A stretch of DNA of 64,000 bases, taken from sequence record NZ_CP093377.1, one strand, 5' to 3'. Position numbers and translations under genes: made by a program. This document shows positions 7,653 to 17,099 of the stretch, piece after piece. Position 1 is the stretch's first letter. Every line of letters starts with the position of its first letter. The notes under the pieces were generated by a model. It was not told the origin of the DNA, searched no databases, and was given only the letters and a program-made list of their open reading frames with translations. Source of the stretch: a plasmid.

Positions 7653-9665
7653 ATGGCCACCACCAATACTACGGCAAAAAAACCTGCGAAATCCACCTCT
7701 GCGAAAAAGACAGCGGAGAAAATCGCGCAGACTACCGAGCAGAAGCTCGTTCAGCTGCTCGCTGATACGCCCGTGCAAATCTTCCCGTACTCCCGCCTGT
7801 CACGCACTGACTTAAACACGCGCATTATTCCGCATACCGATCAGGAAGTGGAAGAGATGGCAGACAGCATTCAGGCAATGGGCATCCTGCAAAACCTGAT
7901 CGGTGCAGAACTGCCGGACGGTACGATCGGCATTGTCGGCGGGGAAGGTCGCCGCAGGGGCACAGGCATTCTGGTGATGCGCGGTGTGCTCGATGCAGAC
8001 ACGCCGTTTGTTCCGGTGAAAGTCCTGCCCGTGGAGATGGCGGTGGCGGCCTCGATGATCGAGAACGGTCGACGTAAACACATGCATCCCGCCGAGCAGA
8101 TTATCGGTTTTCGTACCCTTCAGCAGGAAGGTAAAACGGCTTCTCAGATCGGCGCACTGATGGGCTATCACCCGCGCCACGTTCAGCGCTGCCTGAAACT
8201 GGCGAATCTTGCCCCCTCCCTGCTGGATGCGCTGGCGCGGGATGAAATCTCCCTTGAACAGTGTGAAGTCCTGACCCTTGCTGATACCCATGAGCGTCAG
8301 GAGCAGGTCTGGAAAGAGGCTGTTGTACAGTGGCGCGATCCTGCCGTACAGACCCTGCGCAAAATGGTGACCGACGACAAGATGGCCATCAGTCACCCGA
8401 TGTTTGAATTTGTGGGCGAGGAAGCCTATACCGCCGCTGGCGGTACGCTGACCGCCGACCTGTTCAGCGACAGGGACAGCACCTTTGCCGATGCGGCGCT
8501 GGTGAAATCCCTGCTGGCTGGCAAGCTCACCGTGCTTGCCGCCCGCCTTCAGCAGGAGCAGGGCTGGGGCTGGTCAGAATTCCGTATGACGGAACTCAGC
8601 CACAGCGGCGAGGACAGGGAACAGTACCGCTTTGCCATGCCGGAACCTGTTCTGACCGAAGATGAGCTGCAACGTATTAACGAGCTGGAAGATGCAATTG
8701 AAGGATGTATGGCGTATGACGACGAATACGAGCTTCAGCAGCAGATTGACGATATTCACTGCGAGGCGACTTATCGCGAAGCCACGCCGGAATTTCGCGC
8801 CGCGCACGGAATCTGGGTGTCATGGGATGGTGACAGTTTTCAGGTTCAGCCTGGTATCCGCAGGCTGACCGACGAAGACCGGGCAGCAGAAGAACAGGCG
8901 CGTCAGGAGCGTGAAAAGAACGTAATCAGACACACCACGCCTGACATTCCCGCTGACGCCTATCCGGCAACGCTGGTTAAGGCCATGTCTGCGGAGCGCA
9001 CTCTTGCCGTTCAGGCGGAACTGGCGGGTCGCCCCGATGTATCGGTGGCGCTCCTGACGTGGACGCTGTGTCTTGCGCTCTTTGATCGCACCTACGGTAA
9101 ACGCAGCGAACCGCTGAAAGCCTATGTGACCTCGAATCAGTATCACCTTGCATCACTGGCGCCTTCCGGTGAAACAGGGAAGGCGCTGACGGCGCTCAGG
9201 GCACAGAAAAAAGCGCTTCAGGCAACGCTGCCCGAAAACTGGCATCTCGATTTCACCTGGCTGCTGTCATGGTCAGCAGAGCAGGTGAACACCCTGCTGG
9301 GATTCTGTGCCGCGCACGGTATCAACGGTATTCAGGAACGTATGTATAACCATACGCAGAAAAGCGAACTGGACGGGCTGGAAGCGGCGCTGGACTTTGA
9401 CCTGCGCAAGTGGTGGCAACCGGGGGCTGAGAGCTACTTCGGCAAGCTCACGATTTCCCAGATTGGCAAAGCCTATGAAGAAGCCGGACTGAGTGCCCGT
9501 GCAGGTGAAGTTGTGAAGCTCAGGCGCCGCGATGCGGCAAAGGCCGCCGAACAGGATCTGAATGCTCAGGGCTGGCTGCCTGACTGGATGGTGCGCACAG
9601 CGCCAGCCGCTGAGGCTGAAGAAGCCACTGAATCCGACGCTGATATCACTGACCACGCTGCTTAA
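7653..9665 (+). CDS. ParB-nuclease-domain (ParB/Srx N-terminal) leading-region protein, 670 aa
   Basis: N-terminal ParB-like motifs (IPHTDQEVEEMADSIQAMGILQNLI, GGEGRRRG, helix-turn-helix region) and a long C-terminal extension. Conserved position upstream of psiB in F-like leading regions. Confidence 0.75.
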   Translation: MATTNTTAKKPAKSTSAKKTAEKIAQTTEQKLVQLLADTPVQIFPYSRLSRTDLNTRIIPHTDQEVEEMADSIQAMGILQNLIGAELPDGTIGIVGGEGRRRGTGILVMRGVLDADTPFVPVKVLPVEMAVAASMIENGRRKHMHPAEQIIGFRTLQQEGKTASQIGALMGYHPRHVQRCLKLANLAPSLLDALARDEISLEQCEVLTLADTHERQEQVWKEAVVQWRDPAVQTLRKMVTDDKMAISHPMFEFVGEEAYTAAGGTLTADLFSDRDSTFADAALVKSLLAGKLTVLAARLQQEQGWGWSEFRMTELSHSGEDREQYRFAMPEPVLTEDELQRINELEDAIEGCMAYDDEYELQQQIDDIHCEATYREATPEFRAAHGIWVSWDGDSFQVQPGIRRLTDEDRAAEEQARQEREKNVIRHTTPDIPADAYPATLVKAMSAERTLAVQAELAGRPDVSVALLTWTLCLALFDRTYGKRSEPLKAYVTSNQYHLASLAPSGETGKALTALRAQKKALQATLPENWHLDFTWLLSWSAEQVNTLLGFCAAHGINGIQERMYNHTQKSELDGLEAALDFDLRKWWQPGAESYFGKLTISQIGKAYEEAGLSARAGEVVKLRRRDAAKAAEQDLNAQGWLPDWMVRTAPAAEAEEATESDADITDHAA

Positions 9666-9702
9666 TACCAGAGGCCGCCGCCTTCGGGCGGCGGGAACAG
9701 AC

Positions 9703-10137
9703 ATGACCATGCAATATGACCTGAACCGAATCAACACCCTGACCGCCACAGACCTGGAGTTTATCCGTCAGCAGGGCGAGGACGCGCGCCGCGCCCTCAG
9801 CGATGCCGTGACCGGCCTCCTGTCGGCACCTGAAGGATGGCGCGTCTGCGCCGAGTTCCGCAGCGAGTTCGGCGATTTCTTCCCCGTCCAGTGCCGCTTC
9901 AGCGCGGACGGCAGTGATGACTGGCATCTGTGCGTGTGCAGCCCCGGCGAAGTCTCGCCTTACTGGCTTCTGGTGCTGCTCTCCTCCGGCGGTGAAGTGG
10001 TGCGTACCCTTTACCAGAGCGACACGCTACAGCCTGACCGGATAAACCAGCTGATCGCGCAGCTGGCAGGTATGCGCCGCTTTAACTGCACTGCCAGCAC
10101 CGTGGCGAACCTGATGAGCGGGGAGGTGACAGCATGA
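9703..10137 (+). CDS. psiB: PsiB, plasmid SOS inhibition protein B
   Basis: Alignable with F PsiB (EFGDFFPVQCRFS..HLCVCSPGEVS..WLLVLLSSGGE). Confidence 0.85.
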   Translation: MTMQYDLNRINTLTATDLEFIRQQGEDARRALSDAVTGLLSAPEGWRVCAEFRSEFGDFFPVQCRFSADGSDDWHLCVCSPGEVSPYWLLVLLSSGGEVVRTLYQSDTLQPDRINQLIAQLAGMRRFNCTASTVANLMSGEVTA

Positions 10138-10880
10138 TCCCGTCCTCACACGCGCTCGTTTCCCTGAAACCCGCCCGTCAGGCTGCAATACAGGCTATCA
10201 GCCATGTTGAGTCTGCCCGCGAACGCGGCGCACGACTGCCCGCCATGCCGTATGTGCGTACCTTTCTGCGCTTGCTCACGGGCAGCGGTCGCCTCAACGC
10301 CACGGTGGCCAGTAAAATACCTGGCCTGCACTGGGTGCCAGATAACCGTCATTCGAACCTGAAACAGGTCGAGGAGGCGCTTAACACGATGATCGCCACC
10401 AGTGGCGAAGCCTGCCCGCTGCCGCTCACGACTGACGTACAGGCCGAACTGTTCCCGGAAGTCATGCACACCCGCACGGGGCGACGGCTGCACAGATCCA
10501 GCATTAAGACCACGCGTCAGCTTCGCCGCCAGTCCCGTCAGTACGAACAGCGCTGGAAACTGCGCCAGAACCTGCTGGAGCAGGCGAAAATCGACCTGAA
10601 TTTTCAGTCACCGGAAACCGTCTGCACCTGGTACACCCGGTGGAGCGACGAGTTTGACGCGGCAGAGCTTGCCGGACCGTTCTGGCGCTGGCAGTCGCGG
10701 TTCGCGTCGCTGAAGGAACTTGACTGGCTTCGCATCAGCGGTGAGCCGCTGTATGCAGTGATGTACGAAATCCCGTTTATTGTCCGGGAAACACCTGAGC
10801 ATGTTCGTGTCGCTGAACGCTGGCAGGTGCCGAATAAGTTGCAAAATCAGCAGGGGGAAGGGGCGCATCAGAAGTCATGA
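10134..10880 (+). CDS. psiA: PsiA, plasmid SOS inhibition protein A
   Basis: 248-aa ORF coupled to psiB (ATGA overlap), with PsiA-like length and sequence. Confidence 0.75.
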   Translation: MIPSSHALVSLKPARQAAIQAISHVESARERGARLPAMPYVRTFLRLLTGSGRLNATVASKIPGLHWVPDNRHSNLKQVEEALNTMIATSGEACPLPLTTDVQAELFPEVMHTRTGRRLHRSSIKTTRQLRRQSRQYEQRWKLRQNLLEQAKIDLNFQSPETVCTWYTRWSDEFDAAELAGPFWRWQSRFASLKELDWLRISGEPLYAVMYEIPFIVRETPEHVRVAERWQVPNKLQNQQGEGAHQKS

Positions 10881-11029
10881 GGATATATACAGTTTTTGGA
10901 CTGTTATTCCTGGGCAGATGATCGACAACGGGATATAATGGCGATGGCGCTTGAGGCTTTTTGCCTCATGATGTGAAGGTGGTTTGTTGTCGTGTTGTGT
11001 GGCAGAAAGCAGAAAGCCCCGTAGTTAAT

Positions 11030-11100
11030 TTTCATTAACCCACGAGGCCCCCTGTATGTCTCAACAACAACAGTATGGCCTCTTACCGTGCTTAATGCAA
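11030..11100 (-). ncRNA. sok: Sok-like antisense RNA of the hok/mok locus (approximate)
   Basis: Position inferred from type-I toxin-antitoxin locus organisation, antisense to the mok start region. Not delimited from sequence alone. Confidence 0.35.
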
Positions 11101-11271
11101 GGAGGAGTAAACCATGAAACTGCCGCGAAGTACCGTTATCTGGTGCGTACTGATAGTGTGTCTCACACTGCTGATATTCACTTACCTGACGCGAAAATCG
11201 CTTTGCGAAATTCGCCTGAGGGACGGACAACGGGAGGTCGCTGCAATTCTGGCTTACGAATCCAACGGTAA
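11056..11271 (+). CDS. mok: Mok, modulator of killing (overlapping reading frame needed for hok translation)
   Basis: 71-aa ORF overlapping hok in the +1 frame and ending 4 nt before the hok stop. Confidence 0.6.
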   Translation: MSQQQQYGLLPCLMQGGVNHETAAKYRYLVRTDSVSHTADIHLPDAKIALRNSPEGRTTGGRCNSGLRIQR

Positions 11272-11275
11272 GTAG
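11114..11275 (+). CDS. hok: Hok/FlmA-family type-I toxin
   Basis: [53 protein letters not shown] is near-identical to Hok/FlmA. Confidence 0.9.
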   Translation: MKLPRSTVIWCVLIVCLTLLIFTYLTRKSLCEIRLRDGQREVAAILAYESNGK

Positions 11276-11285
11276 CAACCTGGAG

Positions 11286-11306
11286 GCGGGGGAAACCCCG
11301 CCTTTT
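11286..11306 (+). terminator. rho-independent terminator / hok mRNA 3' fold-back element
   Basis: ggcgggg-gaaa-ccccgcc followed by tttt. Confidence 0.6.
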
Positions 11307-11605
11307 CAGGGCTGAGTTGCTCTGACATACCTGAAGCGCCTTTATGAAGGGGTTGCCGGTTCGCCGTCAGCCCCTTTTTCCTTCCCGACGCGACCGCACG
11401 CCTGAACCTCCGGGAAGGGCTGTTCCCCTGCGGGGAACGGGGGAAGGGGGACGCGCCTCCGGCGCTGCCCCTCTGCTCCCTCTGCCTGAGCCTCCCTCCT
11501 GCCTGTCCTGCCTGATTTTGTTGAATTCGAAACTCCGTGAGCTACCTGCTCATACCTGGCTTCGGCCTGGTGTGCCCGATGTTCTTTAGCCTGTGCGTCA
11601 TATCC

Positions 11606-12200
11606 GGCGTCCTGCCGGTTAACTTTCGCATCTGCAGCTGTATGGCCATAACCCGAAAACAGGGCAGGGCGATGGCCCCCTTCGGCTCCCGGCCAGCGCT
11701 GCTGTCCGGTCGTCAAGCCCCACTCCGCCAGGGCGGCTGCTGCGCACCCGCCAGGCTCCGCCGAACCCCTCCGGGTTTCGGGCTGACGCTAGGGTCTGAT
11801 GGCTGAGGTCAACCCCCTGGCTTGCACCGGCCGGAGGCCGGGCCGCCCTGACCGCGCCGGCGGAGCCGTCGCTTTAAGGCCGCCACGCCGTTCCGACGTG
11901 TCGGGTGTGTGCATCCTGTTCTCCCGGTGAGGCCATCCCCCGTGCGTCCTCACGCGGAGGGCTGCTTGTAGCACCGTCGTGTCGTCATCCGAAGGGTGAA
12001 ATGCACTCCGCCAAAACTTTTTGCGTGCCGCAAAAACTTTTGTCTGCGCCCTTCTCCTGCCGCCCCGCCGTTGCTCCTTTTGCCCTTTGCCGCGAGAGAA
12101 CTCACCAGGGAGATGGACAACCATCACCACAGGAGAAAACCAGGATGCACACACAAAACGTCAACGTCAAAACCGCCGCTCCCGAATCTTCCAGGAAGAT
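11606..12200. repeat. leading-region long structured repeat, copy 2
   Basis: Homologous to copies 1 and 3. Weaker homology to the copy-3 upstream region extends back to about 11370. Confidence 0.8.
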
Positions 12201-12459
12201 AGAGGGAAAAACCGTGTCGTACACGATCCTCGTCGCTGAGCAGAAAAAAAACTCAGCGGAGGAACCTGATGTTCTGGAGTTCAGCAGCCTGGCTGAGCTG
12301 AAGAAACTGCGCAGACGCTGCCCCGAAACGATGCGCTGCACCTATTTCTACGCCCTCAGCAGCGGCGTCGATAAACAGTTCCGCCATATCCATGTGGCTG
12401 AAGCTGACCACTTCAAACAGTTTGTGCGCCTGATCGCGCGCGCAGGTATCGACATTTAA
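12145..12459 (+). CDS. hypothetical protein with repeat-encoded N-terminus (MHTQNVNVKTAAPES)
   Basis: 104-aa ORF with the same ribosome-binding site and ATG context as 6904 and 15382. Confidence 0.55.
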   Translation: MHTQNVNVKTAAPESSRKIEGKTVSYTILVAEQKKNSAEEPDVLEFSSLAELKKLRRRCPETMRCTYFYALSSGVDKQFRHIHVAEADHFKQFVRLIARAGIDI

Positions 12460-12520
12460 ATCCGGTTTCACCCCGTGCGGCAGCCGCCGCCCGGAACTTA
12501 ATCAGACAGGAGCCAGAAGC

Positions 12521-12727
12521 TTGAGCGTTAACACCCCGACCGCAAAGGCCCGTTACGAAAATGGGCATATGTCAGACCCTGAGCCTAAAACAGCCTCTCT
12601 CATTGCGATTTATGGCAATGAGGTGAGCTATGCATGGAACGTTCTGGAGGATTTGAAAGCTGCAGGTGCTTCTTATACCCGCAGAAACATTATCGCCGAT
12701 ATGTTCCGCCGTCTGGGTGTTCAGTAA
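12521..12727 (+). CDS. hypothetical small protein (TTG start, N-terminus MSVNTPTA)
   Basis: 68-aa ORF. Its 5' region including the ribosome-binding site is duplicated at 12770..12830. Confidence 0.4.
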   Translation: MSVNTPTAKARYENGHMSDPEPKTASLIAIYGNEVSYAWNVLEDLKAAGASYTRRNIIADMFRRLGVQ

Positions 12728-12804
12728 CCCGGACTTACCTCTGACCCGATGCGGTGCTGTATAGCAGGTACCGCTCGGAACTGAATCAAACAGGAGCCTG
12801 AAAG

Positions 12805-13266
12805 ATGAACGTTAACACCCCGACCGCTGCACCAATGGCCTTTTTCGTTCCGTCTCATAACGCCGTTTATGACCGCGCAACCCGGCTGGAAGGGCAGTGG
12901 GTGACTCAGCGTGAAGCGATAACGCTGGAAGCCCTGCGCCGTTTCTATCCGGATGCGGAGCTGATCCCCGCGACTCTGGTTCAGGAAAAGCAGAATGAAG
13001 GCTATCGCCGTCCCTGGGTGGAAATCACCGAGGCCCGGTACATCGACCAGCTGGAAACGCTGCCGCCAGTGGACTGGTGCAGAGGGTATGGCGGGGAGTC
13101 GTTCAAATCGATGGAGTTTACGGGCGGGGATGTGACCGCAATTTTCGTCCGGTACGGCGCGCGTTTCTTTGAGTGCCATGACCTGCACACCCGCCATCAC
13201 CGGGAGCTGATTGGCGACGTGATCACCCGTTTCTGTCTCGATGCGCCGCTGAATTCCGCGCATTAA
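12805..13266 (+). CDS. hypothetical leading-region protein (N-terminus MNVNTPTA, paralogous 5' end to the previous ORF)
   Basis: 153-aa ORF with ribosome-binding site. A bidirectional hairpin terminator follows at 13268..13292. Confidence 0.55.
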   Translation: MNVNTPTAAPMAFFVPSHNAVYDRATRLEGQWVTQREAITLEALRRFYPDAELIPATLVQEKQNEGYRRPWVEITEARYIDQLETLPPVDWCRGYGGESFKSMEFTGGDVTAIFVRYGARFFECHDLHTRHHRELIGDVITRFCLDAPLNSAH

Positions 13267-13353
13267 AAAAGCAGGGTTGCCCCTGCTTTCTCAACGCCGG
13301 GTAGCCGCTGTAACGGTGAACCGGCAATCACAACCAAAGTAAGGAGATTGATC

Positions 13354-13500
13354 GTGAAATTTGACCCGCAAACTGTAAAACAGGCTGAGGCATTTGTAAA
13401 TGCCCTCCGCGCCGGAAAACGTGCACACATGCCCGCGCTGCGTTTCGGCCAGTGGCAGCAATTTATGACCACCGTTTACGCTGGTCTGGGGCTGGCATAA
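13354..13500 (+). CDS. small hypothetical protein (GTG start, 48 aa)
   Basis: AAGGAG ribosome-binding site 9 nt upstream of the GTG. Below the 60-aa cutoff of the ORF track. Confidence 0.3.
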   Translation: MKFDPQTVKQAEAFVNALRAGKRAHMPALRFGQWQQFMTTVYAGLGLA

Positions 13501-13540
13501 CAGGAGGCGGCCGCCTGCGGGCGGCCGGTAAGGAGAAACC

Positions 13541-14318
13541 ATGTCACAACTGAGTTTTGAATCCCTGTTCCTGGCAGACCAGACCGAACCGCAGCCGCGG
13601 GTTTCCGCTCCTGTCCGGGTATTGTCGCCAGCTGAGGCGCGTAAGCAGTTCGCCAGTGTATTCCGCCAGACTGCGAGATATATGCACCGTTCCGAAGTGT
13701 TCCTTGCTGCCAGTGGGCTGGATATGGCGCGCATACACACGCCAGAAAACATCGAAAACAGCCGACGCATCTGCGAACGGTATCAGCCAGACGATTTAGA
13801 CGCCATGAGGCATCTGTTCTGCCTGTTGGTGGAGGGGCTGGCGGGTGAAATGCATGATTTCCTCGGCGCTCTGTATATGGAGCATGAGCTGGGCGCGGAC
13901 GAAATGGGGCAGTATTTCTCGCCGTCCTCCATCTCCCGCCTGCTGGCCGGGCTACTCATGCCCGGCGCTCAGGAGACGATAAAGCGTGAGGGGGGGGATG
14001 ACGCTCGATGAACCCGCCTGTGGCAGCGCCGGTATGGTCATTGCCTTTGCTTACTGGATGGCTGAAGCGGGACTGAATCCATCTGAACAGCTGTATGCGA
14101 CCTGCACTGATATCGATCCGATGGTGGCAGATATGGCCTTTATCCAGCTGTCACTGCTGGGTATCCCCGCGAAAGTCGTGACCGGTAATACGCTGACTCT
14201 GAAAGCAAATCGCGTGCGTTATACCCCCGTGTATTACTTCAATGACTGGCAGGGACGTCTGGAGTTCCGCAGCCGTTTCGAAGCGATGAAAAACTTTCTG
14301 GCCACCGTGGCCGCCTGA
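13541..14318 (+). pseudogene. HsdM/N6-methyltransferase-like gene interrupted by a +1 frameshift at a G8 tract (13990..13997). It lacks the catalytic NPPY/F motif even when the frame is restored.
   Basis: ORF 13541..14011 carries GQYFSPSSISRLLAGLL (motif-X-like). ORF 13986..14318 in the next frame carries LDEPACGSAGMVIAF (motif-I-like) and an HsdM-like downstream helix. Removing one G would fuse them into one ~260-aa protein. Confidence 0.5.
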
Positions 14319-14359
14319 CTGACAGAGCGGCAGGGCAGACCTGCCGCAGGGAGATAAAA

Positions 14360-14695
14360 ATGACAAGCAACACACTGAACGCTGTTCCGGCGACCGTGCT
14401 GGAGACCATGGCAGAACGCCTCAACGGCCAGCCTGAACCGCTAAAAATCCGCAACAACGACGATCACGCTGCACTGGCTGCAGATGTGCTCTGGCAGTTT
14501 GCCCGAAAAACCGGGCTGAACAGGGAAAGCGAGAGCGTGCAAACTGTCATCACTGATTTTCTGGCCAATCTTCTGCACCTGTGCGAACAGTGCGATCCTG
14601 ACGGGGCAGGTATCGACGGATTTAATGCCCTGCTGAATATGGCCATGATGCATTATGAGCAGGAAAACGGAGGCGACAGCGAAGAACCAGTTTGA
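14360..14695 (+). CDS. hypothetical leading-region protein
   Basis: 111-aa ORF with a GGGAGATAAAAATG ribosome-binding site. Confidence 0.5.
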   Translation: MTSNTLNAVPATVLETMAERLNGQPEPLKIRNNDDHAALAADVLWQFARKTGLNRESESVQTVITDFLANLLHLCEQCDPDGAGIDGFNALLNMAMMHYEQENGGDSEEPV

Positions 14696-14839
14696 TCGGG
14701 AGTCTGTGCCCTGGTGGATGCCATCAGGGCAACCGCAAAAAAACGCTTCCCCTTAGGGGAAACGGGGAGGGCGAAAGCGCCTCCGGCGCTCCTGCCATTC
14801 CCCGCTACCGTACTTCTCTCCTTACCTGCCTTCAGAACC

Positions 14840-15436
14840 GGCGTCCTGCTGGTTAACTTTCTCAGCTGCAGCTTTGTTATGGCCATAACCCGAAAGCAGG
14901 GCAGGGCGATGGCCCCCTTCGGCTCCCGGCCCGCGTGGCGGTCCGGTCGTCAAGCCCCACTCCGCCAGGGCGGTTGCTGACGCACCCGCCGGGCTCCGCC
15001 GAACCCCTTCGGGTTTCGGGCTGACGCTAGGGTCTGATGGCTGAGGTCAACCCCCGGGCTTGCACCGGCCGGAGGCCGGGCCGCCCTGACCGCGCCGGCG
15101 GAGCCGTCGCTTTAAGGCCGCCACGCCGTTCCGACGTGTCGGGTGCGTGCATCCTGTTCACCCGGTGAGGCCATCCCCCGTGCGTCCTCACGCGGAGGGC
15201 TGGTCGTAGCACCGTCGTGTCGTCATCCGAAGGGTGAAATGCACGCCGCCAAAACTTTTTGCGTGCCGCAAAAACTTTTGGCGGCGCCCTTCTCCTGCCG
15301 CCCCGCCGTCGCTCCTTTGCCCTTTGCCGCGAGAGAACTCACCAGGGAGATGGCCAACCATCACCACAGGAGAAAACCAGGATGCACACACGAAACGTCA
15401 ACGTCAAAACCGCCGCTCAAGAATCTACCGGAAGAT
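14840..15436. repeat. leading-region long structured repeat, copy 3
   Basis: Homologous to copies 1 and 2. Ends 55 nt into ORF 15382..15675. Confidence 0.8.
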
Positions 15437-15675
15437 GTGATTCAAACCTCACCACGTCCCAGTTCACGGATCTGTTTTGCTGGGTCCTGGCAGCATCGGA
15501 AGGGGAGCCACAACCGGCAATTTTTACGCCGCCAGAGAATGCCACTGAGCTGACGTTAATTAATGACGAATGCCCGGATTATATCTCTGTCTGGGTTGTG
15601 GATGGTCGCCCGGTGGCAGCTGCAATGCCGCTGGATAATTTTCACCGCGTTATTCCTTCATCATTTGCTAAATAA
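15382..15675 (+). CDS. hypothetical protein with repeat-encoded N-terminus (MHTRNVNVKTAAQES)
   Basis: 97-aa ORF. Its stop lies 16 bp before the DUF932 gene start. Confidence 0.55.
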   Translation: MHTRNVNVKTAAQESTGRCDSNLTTSQFTDLFCWVLAASEGEPQPAIFTPPENATELTLINDECPDYISVWVVDGRPVAAAMPLDNFHRVIPSSFAK

Positions 15676-15691
15676 TCAGGAGTAAATAAAA

Positions 15692-16513
15692 ATGGTCAGT
15701 TTCGCAAGCCGCTATCGTATGCCTTCCTCGATCCGTAAAGACCGTCCGCTGACGAATGAGGAATTACAGCTCATCGTTCCGAGCGCGTTCTCATCGGATA
15801 AACACGATTCACGCTCTGAACGTTATACATATATCCCGACCATAAACATTCTTGACCGTTTACGTGATGAAGGGTTTCAGCCGTATTATGCAACGCAGTC
15901 ACGCACACGTGACCAGGATAAACGCGAATTTACAAAACATATGCTTCGCCTGCGTCGTCATGACCAGATTAACGGGAAAGAAGTACCGGAAATTATTCTG
16001 CTGAATAGCCATGATGGTTCAAGCAGCTATAAAATGATCCCCGGTATGTTCCGTCAGGTTTGCAGTAATGGTCTGGTTGCATGGAAGGATTTTGGTGAAA
16101 TCCGCGTACCCCACAAAGGGGATATTGTCGGGCAGGTTATTGAAGGCGCTTACACGGTGCTGAAAACATTTGACGCGGTTGATGAAAATATTGACCTCAT
16201 GAAAAGCATTCAGCTCACTTTGCCTGAGCAGCGCCTTTTTGGTGCGACCGCACTGGAACTTAAGTACGATGGAAAACCAGCGCCGATTACGCCGGAGCAA
16301 ATTATTAACCCCCGCCGGGTACTCGACAGAGGCCAGGATTTATGGACCACGTTTAACGTGGTACAGGAAAATGTGATCCGTGGGGGGATTCGTGGCAGAA
16401 CGCAAAAAGGGAAGGTGACCAGAACGCGGGAAGTCACCGGAATTGATGGTGACATCAAATTAAATCAGGTGCTCTGGAAAATGGCGGAGGAGTTTGCAAA
16501 ACTTAAGGCCTGA
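15692..16513 (+). CDS. DUF932-family protein (conserved leading-region protein of conjugative elements)
   Basis: 273 aa. Family recognised from sequence memory (PTINILDRLRDEGF..., LLNSHDGSSSYK). Shares a bidirectional terminator at 16519..16543 with the convergent gene. Confidence 0.65.
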   Translation: MVSFASRYRMPSSIRKDRPLTNEELQLIVPSAFSSDKHDSRSERYTYIPTINILDRLRDEGFQPYYATQSRTRDQDKREFTKHMLRLRRHDQINGKEVPEIILLNSHDGSSSYKMIPGMFRQVCSNGLVAWKDFGEIRVPHKGDIVGQVIEGAYTVLKTFDAVDENIDLMKSIQLTLPEQRLFGATALELKYDGKPAPITPEQIINPRRVLDRGQDLWTTFNVVQENVIRGGIRGRTQKGKVTRTREVTGIDGDIKLNQVLWKMAEEFAKLKA

Positions 16514-16541
16514 AAATTAAGCCGCTCAACAGAGCGGCTTT

Positions 16542-17081
16542 TTACTGTCCGCTATGTAACGAGGCCGTTTCCGCAATTTGAATCGCCTTCTCCTTTCCCG
16601 CAGCTGGCGCCAGACGTTCAGAAAGCAACTTTTTTCTGGCGAGCAATACACGATATATATTTTTGATATCCTGAGCATACGCCTTGCGCTGCGCAATGAG
16701 CTTTTTGCTCGGCCCCGTATTATACATCCCTACGCTGTCCCAGTTTTTTCCGTATGACCTGAAGTTGTGCGCCAGTACCCATGCACCCGTATAAACGCAG
16801 ATGCATGGATCATTCAACAGGCGCTCTCGGGTAATATTGAAGTTTTTAAGTTTACCGTAATGAGAACTGTTCACCTGCATCCCGCAGACATCTTCTGTTC
16901 CATTTCTGTTAGATCCATTTATCGCACCCGGCTTAAGTCTGCTCTCTTTAATTGAAATTGACATAAGCAGCAGCGGATCAATTTGATAATCTTTCCCGGC
17001 CTGATCAAAGCACATCTGGGGAGCTGCGCCAGCAGACATGGATAGGGTCAGCAATGCCGCAGGGAGTATCGATATTTTCAT
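16542..17081 (-). CDS. lytic transglycosylase (F orf169/gene X family) with signal peptide
   Basis: 179 aa. SLT-domain motifs (LLLMSISIKESRL, GMQVN, AYNTGP-like). Confidence 0.75.
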   Translation of the reverse strand: MKISILPAALLTLSMSAGAAPQMCFDQAGKDYQIDPLLLMSISIKESRLKPGAINGSNRNGTEDVCGMQVNSSHYGKLKNFNITRERLLNDPCICVYTGAWVLAHNFRSYGKNWDSVGMYNTGPSKKLIAQRKAYAQDIKNIYRVLLARKKLLSERLAPAAGKEKAIQIAETASLHSGQ

Positions 17082-17099
17082 TGTTTGGCCTTTTAACGA

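Noticed and set aside
7812-8396. 194-aa reverse-strand ORF inside the parB-like gene
   Set aside because: Antisense artefact of a well-supported plus-strand gene.
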